Source: a virus. Taken from it: a stretch of 64,000 bases of DNA. Positions within the stretch are counted from its first letter, which is position 1. Every line of letters starts with the position of its first letter. This document shows, piece by piece, positions 1 through 9,283 of this stretch. The position numbers and the translations under genes were made by a program. Under the pieces are notes generated by a model. The model had not been told where the DNA came from, ran no database searches, and was given only the letters and a program-made list of their open reading frames with translations. The stretch spans positions 73,167 through 137,166 of the IMG/VR virus record IMGVR_UViG_3300040959_000769, one strand, 5' to 3'.

Positions 1-2
1 AA

Positions 3-1901
3 ACTTGACCGATCCTCATCAGAATCAGCGGTCAAAGCCATCGCCACAATGAGAGCCGCTGCAACCTCTTCACGGGTTGACTCGTTCACCTTCTGGGAGC
101 GAGCGACCTGATTGTCAAGGTATTCCTTAACCTCATCAGCATCAGGCGTAGCGTCCATGCCTGACTCCTCAGAGATCAACCCCACAGACTCCTCTAGCAC
201 CGCACGGAAAAGCGGCTCAAGATCATCTTTCAACTGGCGATCCCAAACATCAAGATCAAAAATCTGATCCACAGTCAAAGACCCATCAGCCATAGCACGA
301 CGTGCCTTCACTCCCATGGCTTTCTCAATCACCACACGTTGCTGACGCTCAAATAGACGCTCAAACGCCCGATCAATAATGTCCGTCCAACGCTCAGTTG
401 CCTTATCCGACTTTGAATCCCAATCGGAAAGCGCTTGGGTGTTCATTTTCGTGGCGTACGATCCATGTCCAGAAGCAGAAAGTTGTCCCTCCGGAACGGG
501 CTCAACGGCAGCGACTACGCCCTCTTCGGGTGCGGCGGGTTGTTGCTCGCCAGGGGCACCAGCAGGAGCGCTCTCCGCTGGAGCACCCTGCTCAGGAGCT
601 GCACCTTCAGGTCCAGCAGGAACAGCGCCACCAGCAGCAACAGGTTGCTGTTCCTCCACAGCAAAAGGCTTCTCGGTGTTAGCAATCGGAACCAAGTTCG
701 GATTCGACAACAACTGATCGGCAATCTCGGACTCAACCTTATTGCGACCAGTCTGCTCACGGAACTCGTTGACGCTAATCAGACCTTGCTGGAACTCATC
801 CATCAAATAACGCTGACGTTCCTGCTTGGAGATAATCAGGATTGGAACCGTTGACGTATCAAAGTCCAAGTAGTACTGCGGATCAAGCTCATCCAAACCT
901 CGAGCAATTGGCTCTAAGTGGGGAAGCATTGTCTCCATCCAGAAGACACGCAGTTCTTCAGCGGCATTTGAGAAAGTTCGCCCAGCAGCATTGCCAATCA
1001 CTGACTCGGGGACACCGAAAGAGGCAAGGATTTCCTCTTTGGTCAACTGACGCATCTGAGCGTAAGCAGCATCACGAGGGTTGCTTCCGGTATCTACGAA
1101 ATCAACACCGTCATCGGCAGCAATGACACTAACAGCGCCTGCTTTGTTTAGATTTCCACGGAAACGACTACGGAGTTCGTCTTTGTCGTCGTCGTCAATC
1201 TCTCCTCGAACGACGAGCAATCCACCTGGGCGACCATCATTTAGAAGGAAATTGCGGTTGTAGACCCGAGCAAGGTTCTCAATTTCAATTGCAATACCAG
1301 CAGACTCCATCGGGGTCATTGACAAGTAAGGATCCAGAGGGTGGGGGCGTCGCAACCAGATCACGTCTTCTGGCTTCAGCCGAACAGTTTTCCCTTGGGA
1401 AAGAGAAACCTCAAAACCTGAAACAAACGTCTTTGGGTCTGGGATTGGAGCCGTGCTTTGTGGTGGAAGCAGTTGAAGGGCGATGATTCGTCCGTCCCTG
1501 CCGCGAACTTTCTCAATGAAAACACCACGGCTCGACATCAAAAGTTGGCTGGATAGACGATACCTAAACACAAAAGAGTTTTCCGCAGGGTTGCTCTTTG
1601 TATTCAGAATGTCAAGAATGCTGTTGTCCTTGTCAATAACTTGACCAACAGGACTGTTGTTGTCGCGGAGAATCATCGGGAGGCGCGCTTGGTTGCCCGA
1701 AATGGCGTCAATGCAACGGGAAACCCAAACAACACGCTGCATTCCTTCTCGGTATGCACGCTCAATATCCCATGAATCACGATATGGCTTACCGGCAACT
1801 GCCGTGTTGTAGGCGACTGGAGCCCCCGGACTCAGGGATGCGGCTTTCATATCAGGAGAACCTGATGCCAAATCCTTGGTCTGTCTAGAATTCCATGCCA
1901 T
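3..1901 (-). CDS. Phage portal protein (HK97-like) with Ala/Pro/Glu-rich linker and long C-terminal extension; 3' end outside window
   Basis: Absent from the ORF track because no stop lies in the window. Manual translation from ATG 1901: MAWNSRQTKDLASG...WVSRCIDAISGNQARLPM...FRYRLSSQLLMSSRGVFIEKVRGRDGRIIALQLLPP...YNRNFLLNDGRPGGLL...EEILASFGVPESVIG...TFSNAAEELRVFW, a typical portal motif series. Confidence 0.9.
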   Translation of the reverse strand, partial: MAWNSRQTKDLASGSPDMKAASLSPGAPVAYNTAVAGKPYRDSWDIERAYREGMQRVVWVSRCIDAISGNQARLPMILRDNNSPVGQVIDKDNSILDILNTKSNPAENSFVFRYRLSSQLLMSSRGVFIEKVRGRDGRIIALQLLPPQSTAPIPDPKTFVSGFEVSLSQGKTVRLKPEDVIWLRRPHPLDPYLSMTPMESAGIAIEIENLARVYNRNFLLNDGRPGGLLVVRGEIDDDDKDELRSRFRGNLNKAGAVSVIAADDGVDFVDTGSNPRDAAYAQMRQLTKEEILASFGVPESVIGNAAGRTFSNAAEELRVFWMETMLPHLEPIARGLDELDPQYYLDFDTSTVPILIISKQERQRYLMDEFQQGLISVNEFREQTGRNKVESEIADQLLSNPNLVPIANTEKPFAVEEQQPVAAGGAVPAGPEGAAPEQGAPAESAPAGAPGEQQPAAPEEGVVAAVEPVPEGQLSASGHGSYATKMNTQALSDWDSKSDKATERWTDIIDRAFERLFERQQRVVIEKAMGVKARRAMADGSLTVDQIFDLDVWDRQLKDDLEPLFRAVLEESVGLISEESGMDATPDADEVKEYLDNQVARSQKVNESTREEVAAALIVAMALTADSDEDRSS

Positions 1902-1903
1902 CT

Positions 1904-2083
1904 TTAATCAGACCCCAGTAGGTAGCCGAAAACACCACAGGCGACACCTGCGGTTATAAAACCAGCAGCAGGCAACAACAAAGCAGCACCTACCGATGTC
2001 AATAGTATAAATGACAGCATCATGATATTGGCGGTTGCTGCACGTAAATCTCGTGATTTCAGCCAGCTGAACAGTTTCTTCAC
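1904..2083 (-). CDS. Small membrane protein upstream of portal (59 aa)
   Basis: GTG start; MKKLFSWLKSRDLRAATANIMMLSFILLTSVGAALLLPAAGFITAGVACGVFGYLLGSD with two hydrophobic stretches; stop lies 2 nt before the portal ATG. Confidence 0.7.
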   Translation of the reverse strand: MKKLFSWLKSRDLRAATANIMMLSFILLTSVGAALLLPAAGFITAGVACGVFGYLLGSD

Positions 2084-2140
2084 ATTGACCTCTATTCCAA
2101 CAACCTATACTACTTCATAGATCAAGTAGTGGAGCACCGC

Positions 2141-3445
2141 ATGAGTGACTGGAAAAAAGTCTTAGAATACTTAGAACCAAAAATGTCGGAGTTCTGCCCA
2201 GAAGACGCCTCTGTCACTCAAAAAGTTTTCCTTCGAACCTACGCCCTTGAAGCACTTTTCGGCGGAGCCGCAGGTGGTGGCAAGTCATCCGCCCTTCTGA
2301 TGGCAGCACTTCAGTACGTTGACGTACCCAACTACTCTGCGATCCTGTTCAGGCGCACCTACGCCGACCTGGCTCTCCCCGGAGCAATCATGGACCGTTT
2401 TGTATCGTGGATGGCCCCCTACTCTGACGTTCGCTGGAACAGCAACAACTACACCGCTGTTTTCCCATCTGGTGCTCGCATATCTTTTGGATACCTCAAC
2501 AACAGCCAAGACTACTTGCGCTACAAAGGTGCCGAGTTCCAATTCATCGGGATGGACGAGGTTACCGAAATCAGAGAGTCCGATTACCGCTACCTATTCT
2601 CTCGTCTCCGTCGCCCAGCGTCTGGTCCACTGTCTCAGGTTCCTCTCCGCATGCGAGCCGCATCAAACCCAGCCCCCAACTGGGTTAGGCAACGATTCAT
2701 TGTTGAGGGAAGAGAACACGGTCGCATTTTTGTGCCGTCCAAGTTGACCGACAACCCAGGCATCGACGCCAGTTCATACCGTCAGTCGCTACAAGCACTG
2801 GATCCAGTTGAACGCCGCCGTCTTGAAGAAGGTGACTGGTGGACAACCAGTCTCGGAAGTCTCTTTGAAAGAGAATCATTCATCATCATTGACCCGCTAG
2901 ATGTACCTGAAGTCACCAACGCTGCCCGAGTCGTACGTTTCTGGGACTTAGCAGCCACGGAGCCATCTCAATCAAACCCTGACCCTGACTGGACAGTCGG
3001 AACACTAATGCTTTTTGACCAAGGCGTTGCATACATCTTGGATGTCAAAAAGGCGCGAGTTAACGGTCACCAAGTGGAGCACCTCATCTCTCAAACAGCC
3101 TACGAAGACGGACATGCGGTTGCCATCAGGATGGAGCAAGAGCCAGGTTCATCAGGCAAAGCCCTACTTGATCAATATGCCCGCTACGTACTTCCAGGAT
3201 ACGACTTCGCTGGCATCCGATCAACTGGCGACAAAGTCACACGCTCTCGCCCATTCGCCGCAGCGGTAGCAAATGGGAACGTCAGAGTTGTACGTGGATC
3301 ATGGCTAACAGAATGGTTGGACGAGTTTGCGTCATTCCCAGAGGCAGCAAACCACGACGACCAAGTTGACTCCGCCGTAGGAGCATTCACACACCTCACC
3401 GGACTAGGATTGCCTCAACGGAAAAGAGCCGCTATCATCATCTGA
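2141..3445 (+). CDS. terL: Terminase large subunit
   Basis: Walker A FGGAAGGGKS, Walker B FIGMDEVTE, coupling motif ASNP, C-terminal RNase H-like nuclease (FWDLAAT...HDDQVDS). ATG 2141 chosen for the upstream GGAG. Confidence 0.95.
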   Translation: MSDWKKVLEYLEPKMSEFCPEDASVTQKVFLRTYALEALFGGAAGGGKSSALLMAALQYVDVPNYSAILFRRTYADLALPGAIMDRFVSWMAPYSDVRWNSNNYTAVFPSGARISFGYLNNSQDYLRYKGAEFQFIGMDEVTEIRESDYRYLFSRLRRPASGPLSQVPLRMRAASNPAPNWVRQRFIVEGREHGRIFVPSKLTDNPGIDASSYRQSLQALDPVERRRLEEGDWWTTSLGSLFERESFIIIDPLDVPEVTNAARVVRFWDLAATEPSQSNPDPDWTVGTLMLFDQGVAYILDVKKARVNGHQVEHLISQTAYEDGHAVAIRMEQEPGSSGKALLDQYARYVLPGYDFAGIRSTGDKVTRSRPFAAAVANGNVRVVRGSWLTEWLDEFASFPEAANHDDQVDSAVGAFTHLTGLGLPQRKRAAIII

Positions 3446-3477
3446 CATACATGTCCACCAATTATTAAGGTGATGAG

Positions 3478-3981
3478 TTGACTACTGAAAATATCCCTAA
3501 CTGGCTACAAGAACACAAACGTCACGTGATGGCTCTCTACGATCACGTCAAGGAAGTGAACTCCGAAGACTTTGACCTTGCACAGATGTGCGAGATCTTG
3601 GTGTCGTTGAGCATTGTCCGATCAGACATGGGCATCATCTTTGAAGAGATGTCCAAGAAAACTCAAGCAGCGATGGCCGAACAGGAGATCGTTGACCTTG
3701 ATAACGGCTACACCGTTGAACGGCGATGGTCGAAGCCGAGAAAAGCATGGCAACATGACGAACTAGCAAACGTCGTAGCGTCACGCATTAGCAGATCCGC
3801 CATTGACCTAGACACTGGCGAAGTAACCATGTCAAACGAAGACATGATGAAAGAGATGCTCAAATATGTTCAACCTTCCTACTGGAGGGTCGGCGCTTTG
3901 TCTTCTCTTGGAATCCTTGCAGATGAATACTGTGAAACCGGCGAGCCGGTAGAGAAAATCAACATCCGTAATAACAAGTAG
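3478..3981 (+). CDS. Hypothetical phage protein
   Basis: 167-aa ORF tiling between terL and the annealase; no motif recognised. Confidence 0.7.
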   Translation: MTTENIPNWLQEHKRHVMALYDHVKEVNSEDFDLAQMCEILVSLSIVRSDMGIIFEEMSKKTQAAMAEQEIVDLDNGYTVERRWSKPRKAWQHDELANVVASRISRSAIDLDTGEVTMSNEDMMKEMLKYVQPSYWRVGALSSLGILADEYCETGEPVEKINIRNNK

Positions 3982-3992
3982 AAAGCAAGAAA

Positions 3993-4667
3993 ATGACTGA
4001 TTCCAGTAAGCATATCTACGAGAAACTGTCTGAACCTTTTCCCGAGGAAATGGAAAAGACACTCAGCAAGGGCGGAGCACGCCTCACCTACATTCCTGTA
4101 TCCGAAGTCATCACACGCTTGAATCGCGTGTTGGGTGTGGAGAACTGGAACAGCACAATTGTTTCCTGCTACCGCGATCAACTAGATCCCGACTACATCG
4201 TCGCCCACGTCCGGGTTGATGCCGTCATCGGTGGCCGAGTCGTGGAGAAGGACGGCATCGGTGGTCAAAAGATCAAGCGAACCAAAAGCGGTGACATCGT
4301 AGATCTCGGCGACGAAATGAAAGGTGCCGTATCTGATGCTTTGAAGAAAGCAGTTCAACAGTTCGGCGTCGGCTTGTATTTGGCTCGCGACATTGACGCC
4401 ATTGAGCTTGAGTACGCTCAAGATGAAGCAGAACAACAGCCCGCCGTCAACCCCAAGTACGAAGAGTTCCTGAAGTATCGCAACGAGTTTGATGACGACC
4501 AGGTCAGTCAGATCCGAGAATTCTGGAACGACTACAGCGGGGGCAAGCCTGTACCTAAGGCGCATGAGTTCACCGAAGAGCAACTTGACGCTCTTCTCGT
4601 TGAGTGCATCCGCATAGCGTTTGATGCAAAAATCATCATTCGAGGTGAGGAAGAGTCAGAGGCGTGA
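3993..4667 (+). CDS. Rad52/Rad22-family (Sak-like) single-strand annealing protein
   Basis: LTYIPVSEVITRLNRVLGVENW and KGAVSDALKKAVQQFGVGLYL match the Rad52/22 core. Confidence 0.85.
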   Translation: MTDSSKHIYEKLSEPFPEEMEKTLSKGGARLTYIPVSEVITRLNRVLGVENWNSTIVSCYRDQLDPDYIVAHVRVDAVIGGRVVEKDGIGGQKIKRTKSGDIVDLGDEMKGAVSDALKKAVQQFGVGLYLARDIDAIELEYAQDEAEQQPAVNPKYEEFLKYRNEFDDDQVSQIREFWNDYSGGKPVPKAHEFTEEQLDALLVECIRIAFDAKIIIRGEEESEA

Positions 4668-5422
4668 CATTCACCCCTCCCCCTCATCTCTCCCCTTCTT
4701 CAATAGGTACTTGGAAGCAGTGTCCACTGAAATTCAAGTATCAAAAGATTGACGGTCTCAGAGAACCTCCGACAGAAGCAACCCTGATGGGAAACTTCGT
4801 CCACGAGGTCTTTGAAGAACTGTATGCAACTGACCCCGATGACAGGACGCTTGACACAGCGCGCATGCTGTCACGGAAGTTATGGAACGAAAAGTACGAA
4901 GAAGAAGTTGCGTTCATCCTCAGTAAGGACAAGCACAACACCTTCCGGTGGAATTCTTGGTTTTGCATTGAAAATCTCTGGGGCATTGAAGAACCCACCG
5001 AGACGACAGTTGATGAGATCGAACTTGAACTCAACGGAAAACTAGGAGGAGTTCAACTTAAAGGTTTCATTGACCGGCTGTGCTTTGACGATGATGGTTC
5101 AATCATTATCGGCGACTACAAGACAGGAAAAGTTCCTGCACCGAAATGGGAAGACGACAAATTCTCACAGTTGTTTATTTATGCTGCGCTTTGCCGTGAG
5201 TTAGAAATAGGTGAAGCAAAACGTCTAGACCTTATCTATCTGAAAGCACCGAAAGTAATCAGTAGAAAAGTAACAGACGACAAAATTGAAGCAATCACGG
5301 CTGATGTCGTGCAAGTAAAGAAAGAAATAGATGAGTCCTGTAACAACGAACAATTTGAAGCACGAAAAGCGTTCCTATGCAACTGGTGTTACTTCAAGAA
5401 GCAGTGCCCTGCGTGGAGGTGA
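4664..5422 (+). CDS. PD-(D/E)XK RecB/AddB/Cas4-like exonuclease with Fe-S cysteine staple
   Basis: HLSPSS..W..CP, GFIDRL, IIGDYKTG, QLFIYA, C-terminal CNWCYFKKQC (1+3 Cys pattern). Confidence 0.88.
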   Translation: MTFTPPPHLSPSSIGTWKQCPLKFKYQKIDGLREPPTEATLMGNFVHEVFEELYATDPDDRTLDTARMLSRKLWNEKYEEEVAFILSKDKHNTFRWNSWFCIENLWGIEEPTETTVDEIELELNGKLGGVQLKGFIDRLCFDDDGSIIIGDYKTGKVPAPKWEDDKFSQLFIYAALCRELEIGEAKRLDLIYLKAPKVISRKVTDDKIEAITADVVQVKKEIDESCNNEQFEARKAFLCNWCYFKKQCPAWR

Positions 5423-5423
5423 A

Positions 5424-5933
5424 ATGAAAACCCTCACTGACGACGCATTCGCTAAGTTTGTTGCTGAAGAGGTCAAGAACCGAGTAAGCGCAGACGTACG
5501 GGAAACTCTTTTCCAGCAGGAAAACTGGGATCGCTGGGAGCGCGCTCTCATTGCCCTAGTCCAGAACCTTGAGAGTCAACTTGAACGCATTCAGGCGGAC
5601 ATTGACTCGGATACCGAAAGGTACTCAGCGATTGACGGCGGCGAAGCTTTGCTTAGCGAAGCGCTTGCGTATTACGAGAAGCAAACAAAGAAGATTGAGC
5701 GCTTCAAGTTCCACGTCAACTCGCGCCTAACCCAAGTCAGCAAAATGATCGTGACAGGCGCACGATTTGAAGATGACATGGCAAAGCAAATCATCATGCT
5801 AAAAAATGGCATTAAGCGACACCGAGAAATGCTTGAAGAGCACGACTTGGAAGACACAGCAATTGACCGGGCTCTCTGGGATCTCCTGGATGGCAAATGG
5901 ACATTCGACTCAATTAAAGAAAGTGACATCTGA
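5424..5933 (+). CDS. Hypothetical coiled-coil protein
   Basis: ATG 5424 after GGAGGTG; helical heptad-like composition. Confidence 0.7.
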   Translation: MKTLTDDAFAKFVAEEVKNRVSADVRETLFQQENWDRWERALIALVQNLESQLERIQADIDSDTERYSAIDGGEALLSEALAYYEKQTKKIERFKFHVNSRLTQVSKMIVTGARFEDDMAKQIIMLKNGIKRHREMLEEHDLEDTAIDRALWDLLDGKWTFDSIKESDI

Positions 5934-5934
5934 A

Positions 5935-6099
5935 ATGACTGAACCAACTAAGCACAGCCGAACCGGCTACGTACGAGGATGCCGTTGCGAAATCTGCGTT
6001 GACGCAAATAACCAGTATCAGAAGGAATACATGCGTCAGTGGCGTATTCGGAAACGGACACAACGTCGAGCATTAGCCGAGACTCCTGCTACTCAATGA
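5935..6099 (+). CDS. Small putative Zn-binding protein (H..Y..GCRC..C)
   Basis: MTEPTKHSRTGYVRGCRCEICVDANNQYQKEY; tiles exactly between its neighbours. Confidence 0.6.
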   Translation: MTEPTKHSRTGYVRGCRCEICVDANNQYQKEYMRQWRIRKRTQRRALAETPATQ

Positions 6100-6458
6100 A
6101 AAGGCGCAAACCGCTTCAGCAGAAAACTCCCCTGAAACGGTCTGGCAAACTGAATCAACGCTCCGCAAAAACAAAAAAAGTTTACGAGGAGCGACGACCT
6201 CTAGTACAACGACTGTTGCAAGAGCGTCCGGTTTGTGAAGCGTGCAGAGTTTTCGCTGTCCACGACGGCAAAGTCACGTACGTCTCAAACGCCAGCGTAG
6301 ACATACACGAAATAGTACGAAGGAGCCAAGGTGGTTCGATTCTTGAAGAAGACAATCTTATGGCTGTGTGCCGCCCTTGCCATCGGCGTATTGGGGATTA
6401 TCCTGCGCTGGCTTTCTCGCTAGGTTTAGCGAAACGGAGTTGGGAAAATGAGCAGTAA
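6096..6458 (+). CDS. HNH endonuclease-like protein
   Basis: CEAC...DIHEIVRRSQGGSILEEDNLMAVCRPCH; basic N-terminus; ATGA overlap with the previous gene. Confidence 0.8.
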   Translation: MKRRKPLQQKTPLKRSGKLNQRSAKTKKVYEERRPLVQRLLQERPVCEACRVFAVHDGKVTYVSNASVDIHEIVRRSQGGSILEEDNLMAVCRPCHRRIGDYPALAFSLGLAKRSWENEQ

Positions 6459-6978
6459 GCCAATTGCTGGTGTTGATCTGTCGTTGACTTCCACGGGTCT
6501 GTCCTGCGGAGACGACCGCACAGTAATTAACTCCAAACTCAAAGAAACGGCAAGATTATTTGAGATACAGTCATATTTCAGAACATGGATAAGCAGCAAC
6601 GACTTTCCATTTTGTGTGATTGAGGGCTACTCGTTTGCAAGCAAAAATTCGCAGGCACACAAAATTGGTGAACTGGGCGGAGTTATTCGTTTGCAATTAC
6701 ATATGTTAGGAGTTGGGTATGTCGAAGTACCACCAACAGTTCGGGCAAAGTTTGCAACAGGGAAAGGTAACGCCAGCAAAAACGAAGTTGTTTCAGCAGT
6801 ATCGGCAAGAACAGGAATCGTTTGGAGCGGAGCAGGAGCAGACGACCTTTGCGACGCATTCATCCTTGAGGAGATGGGGCGTACCGTCGTCGGTGATAAC
6901 CGATACGACTGGCCATCCGAAAACAAGAAAGCCCTTGACAAAATCAACTGGTCAGAATTGGAGAAATACTATGGCTAG
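6448..6978 (+). CDS. ruvC: RuvC-like Holliday junction resolvase
   Basis: IAGVDLSLTSTGL, VIEG, ELGGVIR, ATGKGNASKNEV, DDLCDA acidic catalytic set. Confidence 0.85.
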   Translation: MSSKPIAGVDLSLTSTGLSCGDDRTVINSKLKETARLFEIQSYFRTWISSNDFPFCVIEGYSFASKNSQAHKIGELGGVIRLQLHMLGVGYVEVPPTVRAKFATGKGNASKNEVVSAVSARTGIVWSGAGADDLCDAFILEEMGRTVVGDNRYDWPSENKKALDKINWSELEKYYG

Positions 6979-7309
6979 AAATGCGCCAATTAGTCAAGTG
7001 GAGATTGAGCAGGAAATAATCCGGCTCACATCAATGCTTGAAGACGAAACGGAAACCTTTGAAGCTCTTGCAGTTGACGCAGCGGAAAAAGAAGCCAATT
7101 ATAAAAACCTATGGGCAAGAGAGTACCTGTCGGCTAAAGGTTCAATCAAAGAACGCGAAGCCTGGTCTGACTACAAGTTGGAAGCAGAAATACATCAGCA
7201 CAAGATCGCAGAAGCCCTAGTGAAGGCTAAACGTGAACGGCTGTCCTCTTTGCGAACCTCGATTGACGCTTTGCGTACACTGGCAGCAAATGTGAGGGCG
7301 CAAACCTGA
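6971..7309 (+). CDS. Coiled-coil protein, possibly UvsY-like recombination mediator
   Basis: Helical 112-aa ORF (KEREAWSD...AKRERLSSLRTSIDALRT) in a recombination cluster; family call is weak. Confidence 0.45.
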   Translation: MARNAPISQVEIEQEIIRLTSMLEDETETFEALAVDAAEKEANYKNLWAREYLSAKGSIKEREAWSDYKLEAEIHQHKIAEALVKAKRERLSSLRTSIDALRTLAANVRAQT

Positions 7310-7311
7310 CA

Positions 7312-7398
7312 ATGATTCAGGTCAAAGAAGTTAACCTCATCAACCTCAACGCCTACTGGAGCGTCTACCACGCCCGCCCTACTCTTGAAATTGACTGA
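7312..7398 (+). CDS. Putative 28-aa small protein
   Basis: ATG...TGA giving MIQVKEVNLINLNAYWSVYHARPTLEID; fills the gap between 7309 and 7400 with 2-nt and 1-nt spacers. Confidence 0.4.
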   Translation: MIQVKEVNLINLNAYWSVYHARPTLEID

Positions 7399-7399
7399 C

Positions 7400-7900
7400 A
7401 TGAACCATGATATTGTCACTGACGTGAACCGTCGTGAGATCAAATGGCTTCAAGTATTGCCTGAGATTGCGGCGACGTTCTCGACTTGCGCTAAAAGGCA
7501 ATATGGTGCGGTGATCCTGAACGAAGAAGGCAGGGTTCTTGGATTCGGTTACAACGGTTCCCCACCCGGAATGAAGCATTGCAATGAAGGGCACTGCCCC
7601 CGACTTCATGAACAGTCACCGAATGGAGCGGTCTACGACAACTGCATTGCTCAACATGCGGAAGCGAACGCATTACTGTGGAGTGACCCTGCTCAAAGAA
7701 AAGACGCGACACTGATCGTGAATGGTCCCCCCTGTTTCGGATGCGCAAAGCAAATTGCGTCAAGTGGGATAAAAAGGGTGGTCTGCTTTTCGGACGACAG
7801 TTATGAGGACTGGTTTACCGTTAGGCAATTTTTACTTTCCGCAGGCATAAAAGTAATTGAAGTAAATAAAGAAGTGGTATTGAACAATGGAAAAAATTGA
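7400..7900 (+). CDS. dCMP deaminase (cytidine deaminase family)
   Basis: STCAKRQYGAVI, GYNGSPPGMKHC, HAEANA, PCFGC zinc motifs. Confidence 0.9.
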   Translation: MNHDIVTDVNRREIKWLQVLPEIAATFSTCAKRQYGAVILNEEGRVLGFGYNGSPPGMKHCNEGHCPRLHEQSPNGAVYDNCIAQHAEANALLWSDPAQRKDATLIVNGPPCFGCAKQIASSGIKRVVCFSDDSYEDWFTVRQFLLSAGIKVIEVNKEVVLNNGKN

Positions 7901-8681
7901 CAAGTCTCTAAAAAACCTTTTGGTCAACCTTGATGACCTGGTTCCACTTGATGGCAATCCACGTAAAGGCAACGTAGACGCCATCATGGCTTCCTACGAA
8001 CAGTTCGGACAGGTCAAGCCCGTTGTCGTTCGTCCCAATGACGACTCCACATACACCGTCATTGCTGGAAACCATCAAGTCGAAGCAGCACGACGCTTAG
8101 GATGGAGCAAAATCGCAGCAGTACAAATGAAAGTTGATGAATCAACTGCTGTCGCATTCGCTCTTGCCGACAACCGCACCACAGAGATGGGTCATACGGA
8201 TCCTGAACTTCTGAACGAACTGTTGAGCGAAGTTGTTTCTGATTTCTCCGACTTGTGGGACGGTTTGGGTTGGGACGAATTTGAACTAGCGGCTCTTGAC
8301 GAACAGGCGGCACGTCTGACAGCAATTTCTGAAGAGGAATCTGGCTACATCGCTCCTGTCATCATTAATCCCGAACTTGAGGAACCAGAACGCGACAAGC
8401 AAGCAAACCTCACCCCAACTGTTGACAATAGTTCTGGGGAGAGTAGACTTGTCCCATCTGGGGAAGTTGACCAGAAAGAAGCAGTAGTAAGCGGCAGCAC
8501 TGCAATTGGGCAATCAGGCTCAAGCAAAGCAGTCGTTCAATACACGCTTGTTTTTGATGACCCAGATCAACAAAGAAAATGGTACTCGTTTATTAGATGG
8601 CTGAGGATGGATCCAGGTTATGACGGATCCACAACGGCTGAAAGGCTCATGAGCTTCATTGATGCTCACTCAAACTTTTAA
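7887..8681 (+). CDS. ParB/Sulfiredoxin N-terminal domain protein
   Basis: NPRKGNVDAIMASYEQFGQVKPVVV...IAGNHQVEAARRLGW...ALADNRT. Confidence 0.85.
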   Translation: MEKIDKSLKNLLVNLDDLVPLDGNPRKGNVDAIMASYEQFGQVKPVVVRPNDDSTYTVIAGNHQVEAARRLGWSKIAAVQMKVDESTAVAFALADNRTTEMGHTDPELLNELLSEVVSDFSDLWDGLGWDEFELAALDEQAARLTAISEEESGYIAPVIINPELEEPERDKQANLTPTVDNSSGESRLVPSGEVDQKEAVVSGSTAIGQSGSSKAVVQYTLVFDDPDQQRKWYSFIRWLRMDPGYDGSTTAERLMSFIDAHSNF

Positions 8682-8683
8682 CT

Positions 8684-9283
8684 ATGGCTAACACAAGACC
8701 CAAATCACCACATGGAACTCACAGCAGATACTCAGGTGGTTGTAGATGCGACGAATGTAGAGAAGGTCACCGGATCTACATTCGTGAACGTAAGCGGAAA
8801 ATCAGCAGAGCGAAGCAAGGAACCGGACCTCCCGTAGAACCTCGTTTAATTTCAGCGGAAGGTTCCCGTAGACACATCAACTACCTGAGAGAACATGGAA
8901 TTGGGTATCGAGCAATTGAACAAAAGATGGGTTTCTCTCGGGCGAACCTATCGAAGATCGCAAACGGACAACAGAAAAAAGTTCTCCCCAGCACGGAGCA
9001 AAAACTTCTAGCGATCACAGCCGACTCGTACTCCAAGGATCACACTGTTCCTTCTGACTACGCCAAAGAAGTTGCCCAGGAAATATTTGACGCCGGTTAC
9101 ACACTCAGGCAGATAAACGAAATTCTCGGCAACAAAATGCCACACCAAAAACTGGTAAACGGAAAACGAATCCGCCTCAAGCAAGAACGTAAGATTGAGG
9201 CGCTCCACTTCTATTTGCTCCGTAGGCCAATCAAAGCAGAGAAGCCGAAGGGTTCACGCAGGAAGGGATACTACGCAATATGA
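8684..9283 (+). CDS. GCRC zinc-motif plus HTH DNA-binding protein
   Basis: HGTHSRYSGGCRCDEC followed by an HTH-like GIGYRAIEQKMGFSRANLSKIANG. Confidence 0.65.
   Translation: MANTRPKSPHGTHSRYSGGCRCDECREGHRIYIRERKRKISRAKQGTGPPVEPRLISAEGSRRHINYLREHGIGYRAIEQKMGFSRANLSKIANGQQKKVLPSTEQKLLAITADSYSKDHTVPSDYAKEVAQEIFDAGYTLRQINEILGNKMPHQKLVNGKRIRLKQERKIEALHFYLLRRPIKAEKPKGSRRKGYYAI

Noticed and set aside
379-1486. Several plus-strand ORFs of 60-139 aa
   Set aside because: Antisense shadows of the portal frame, which is open from 1901 to the window edge and has recognisable motifs.
2141-3445. Intein or intron in terL
   Set aside because: Length about 434 aa is normal, with no splicing motifs or interruption.
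4664-5422. Cas4-like nuclease suggesting a CRISPR system
   Set aside because: No other cas genes or repeat-spacer array; coupling to an annealase fits phage recombination.
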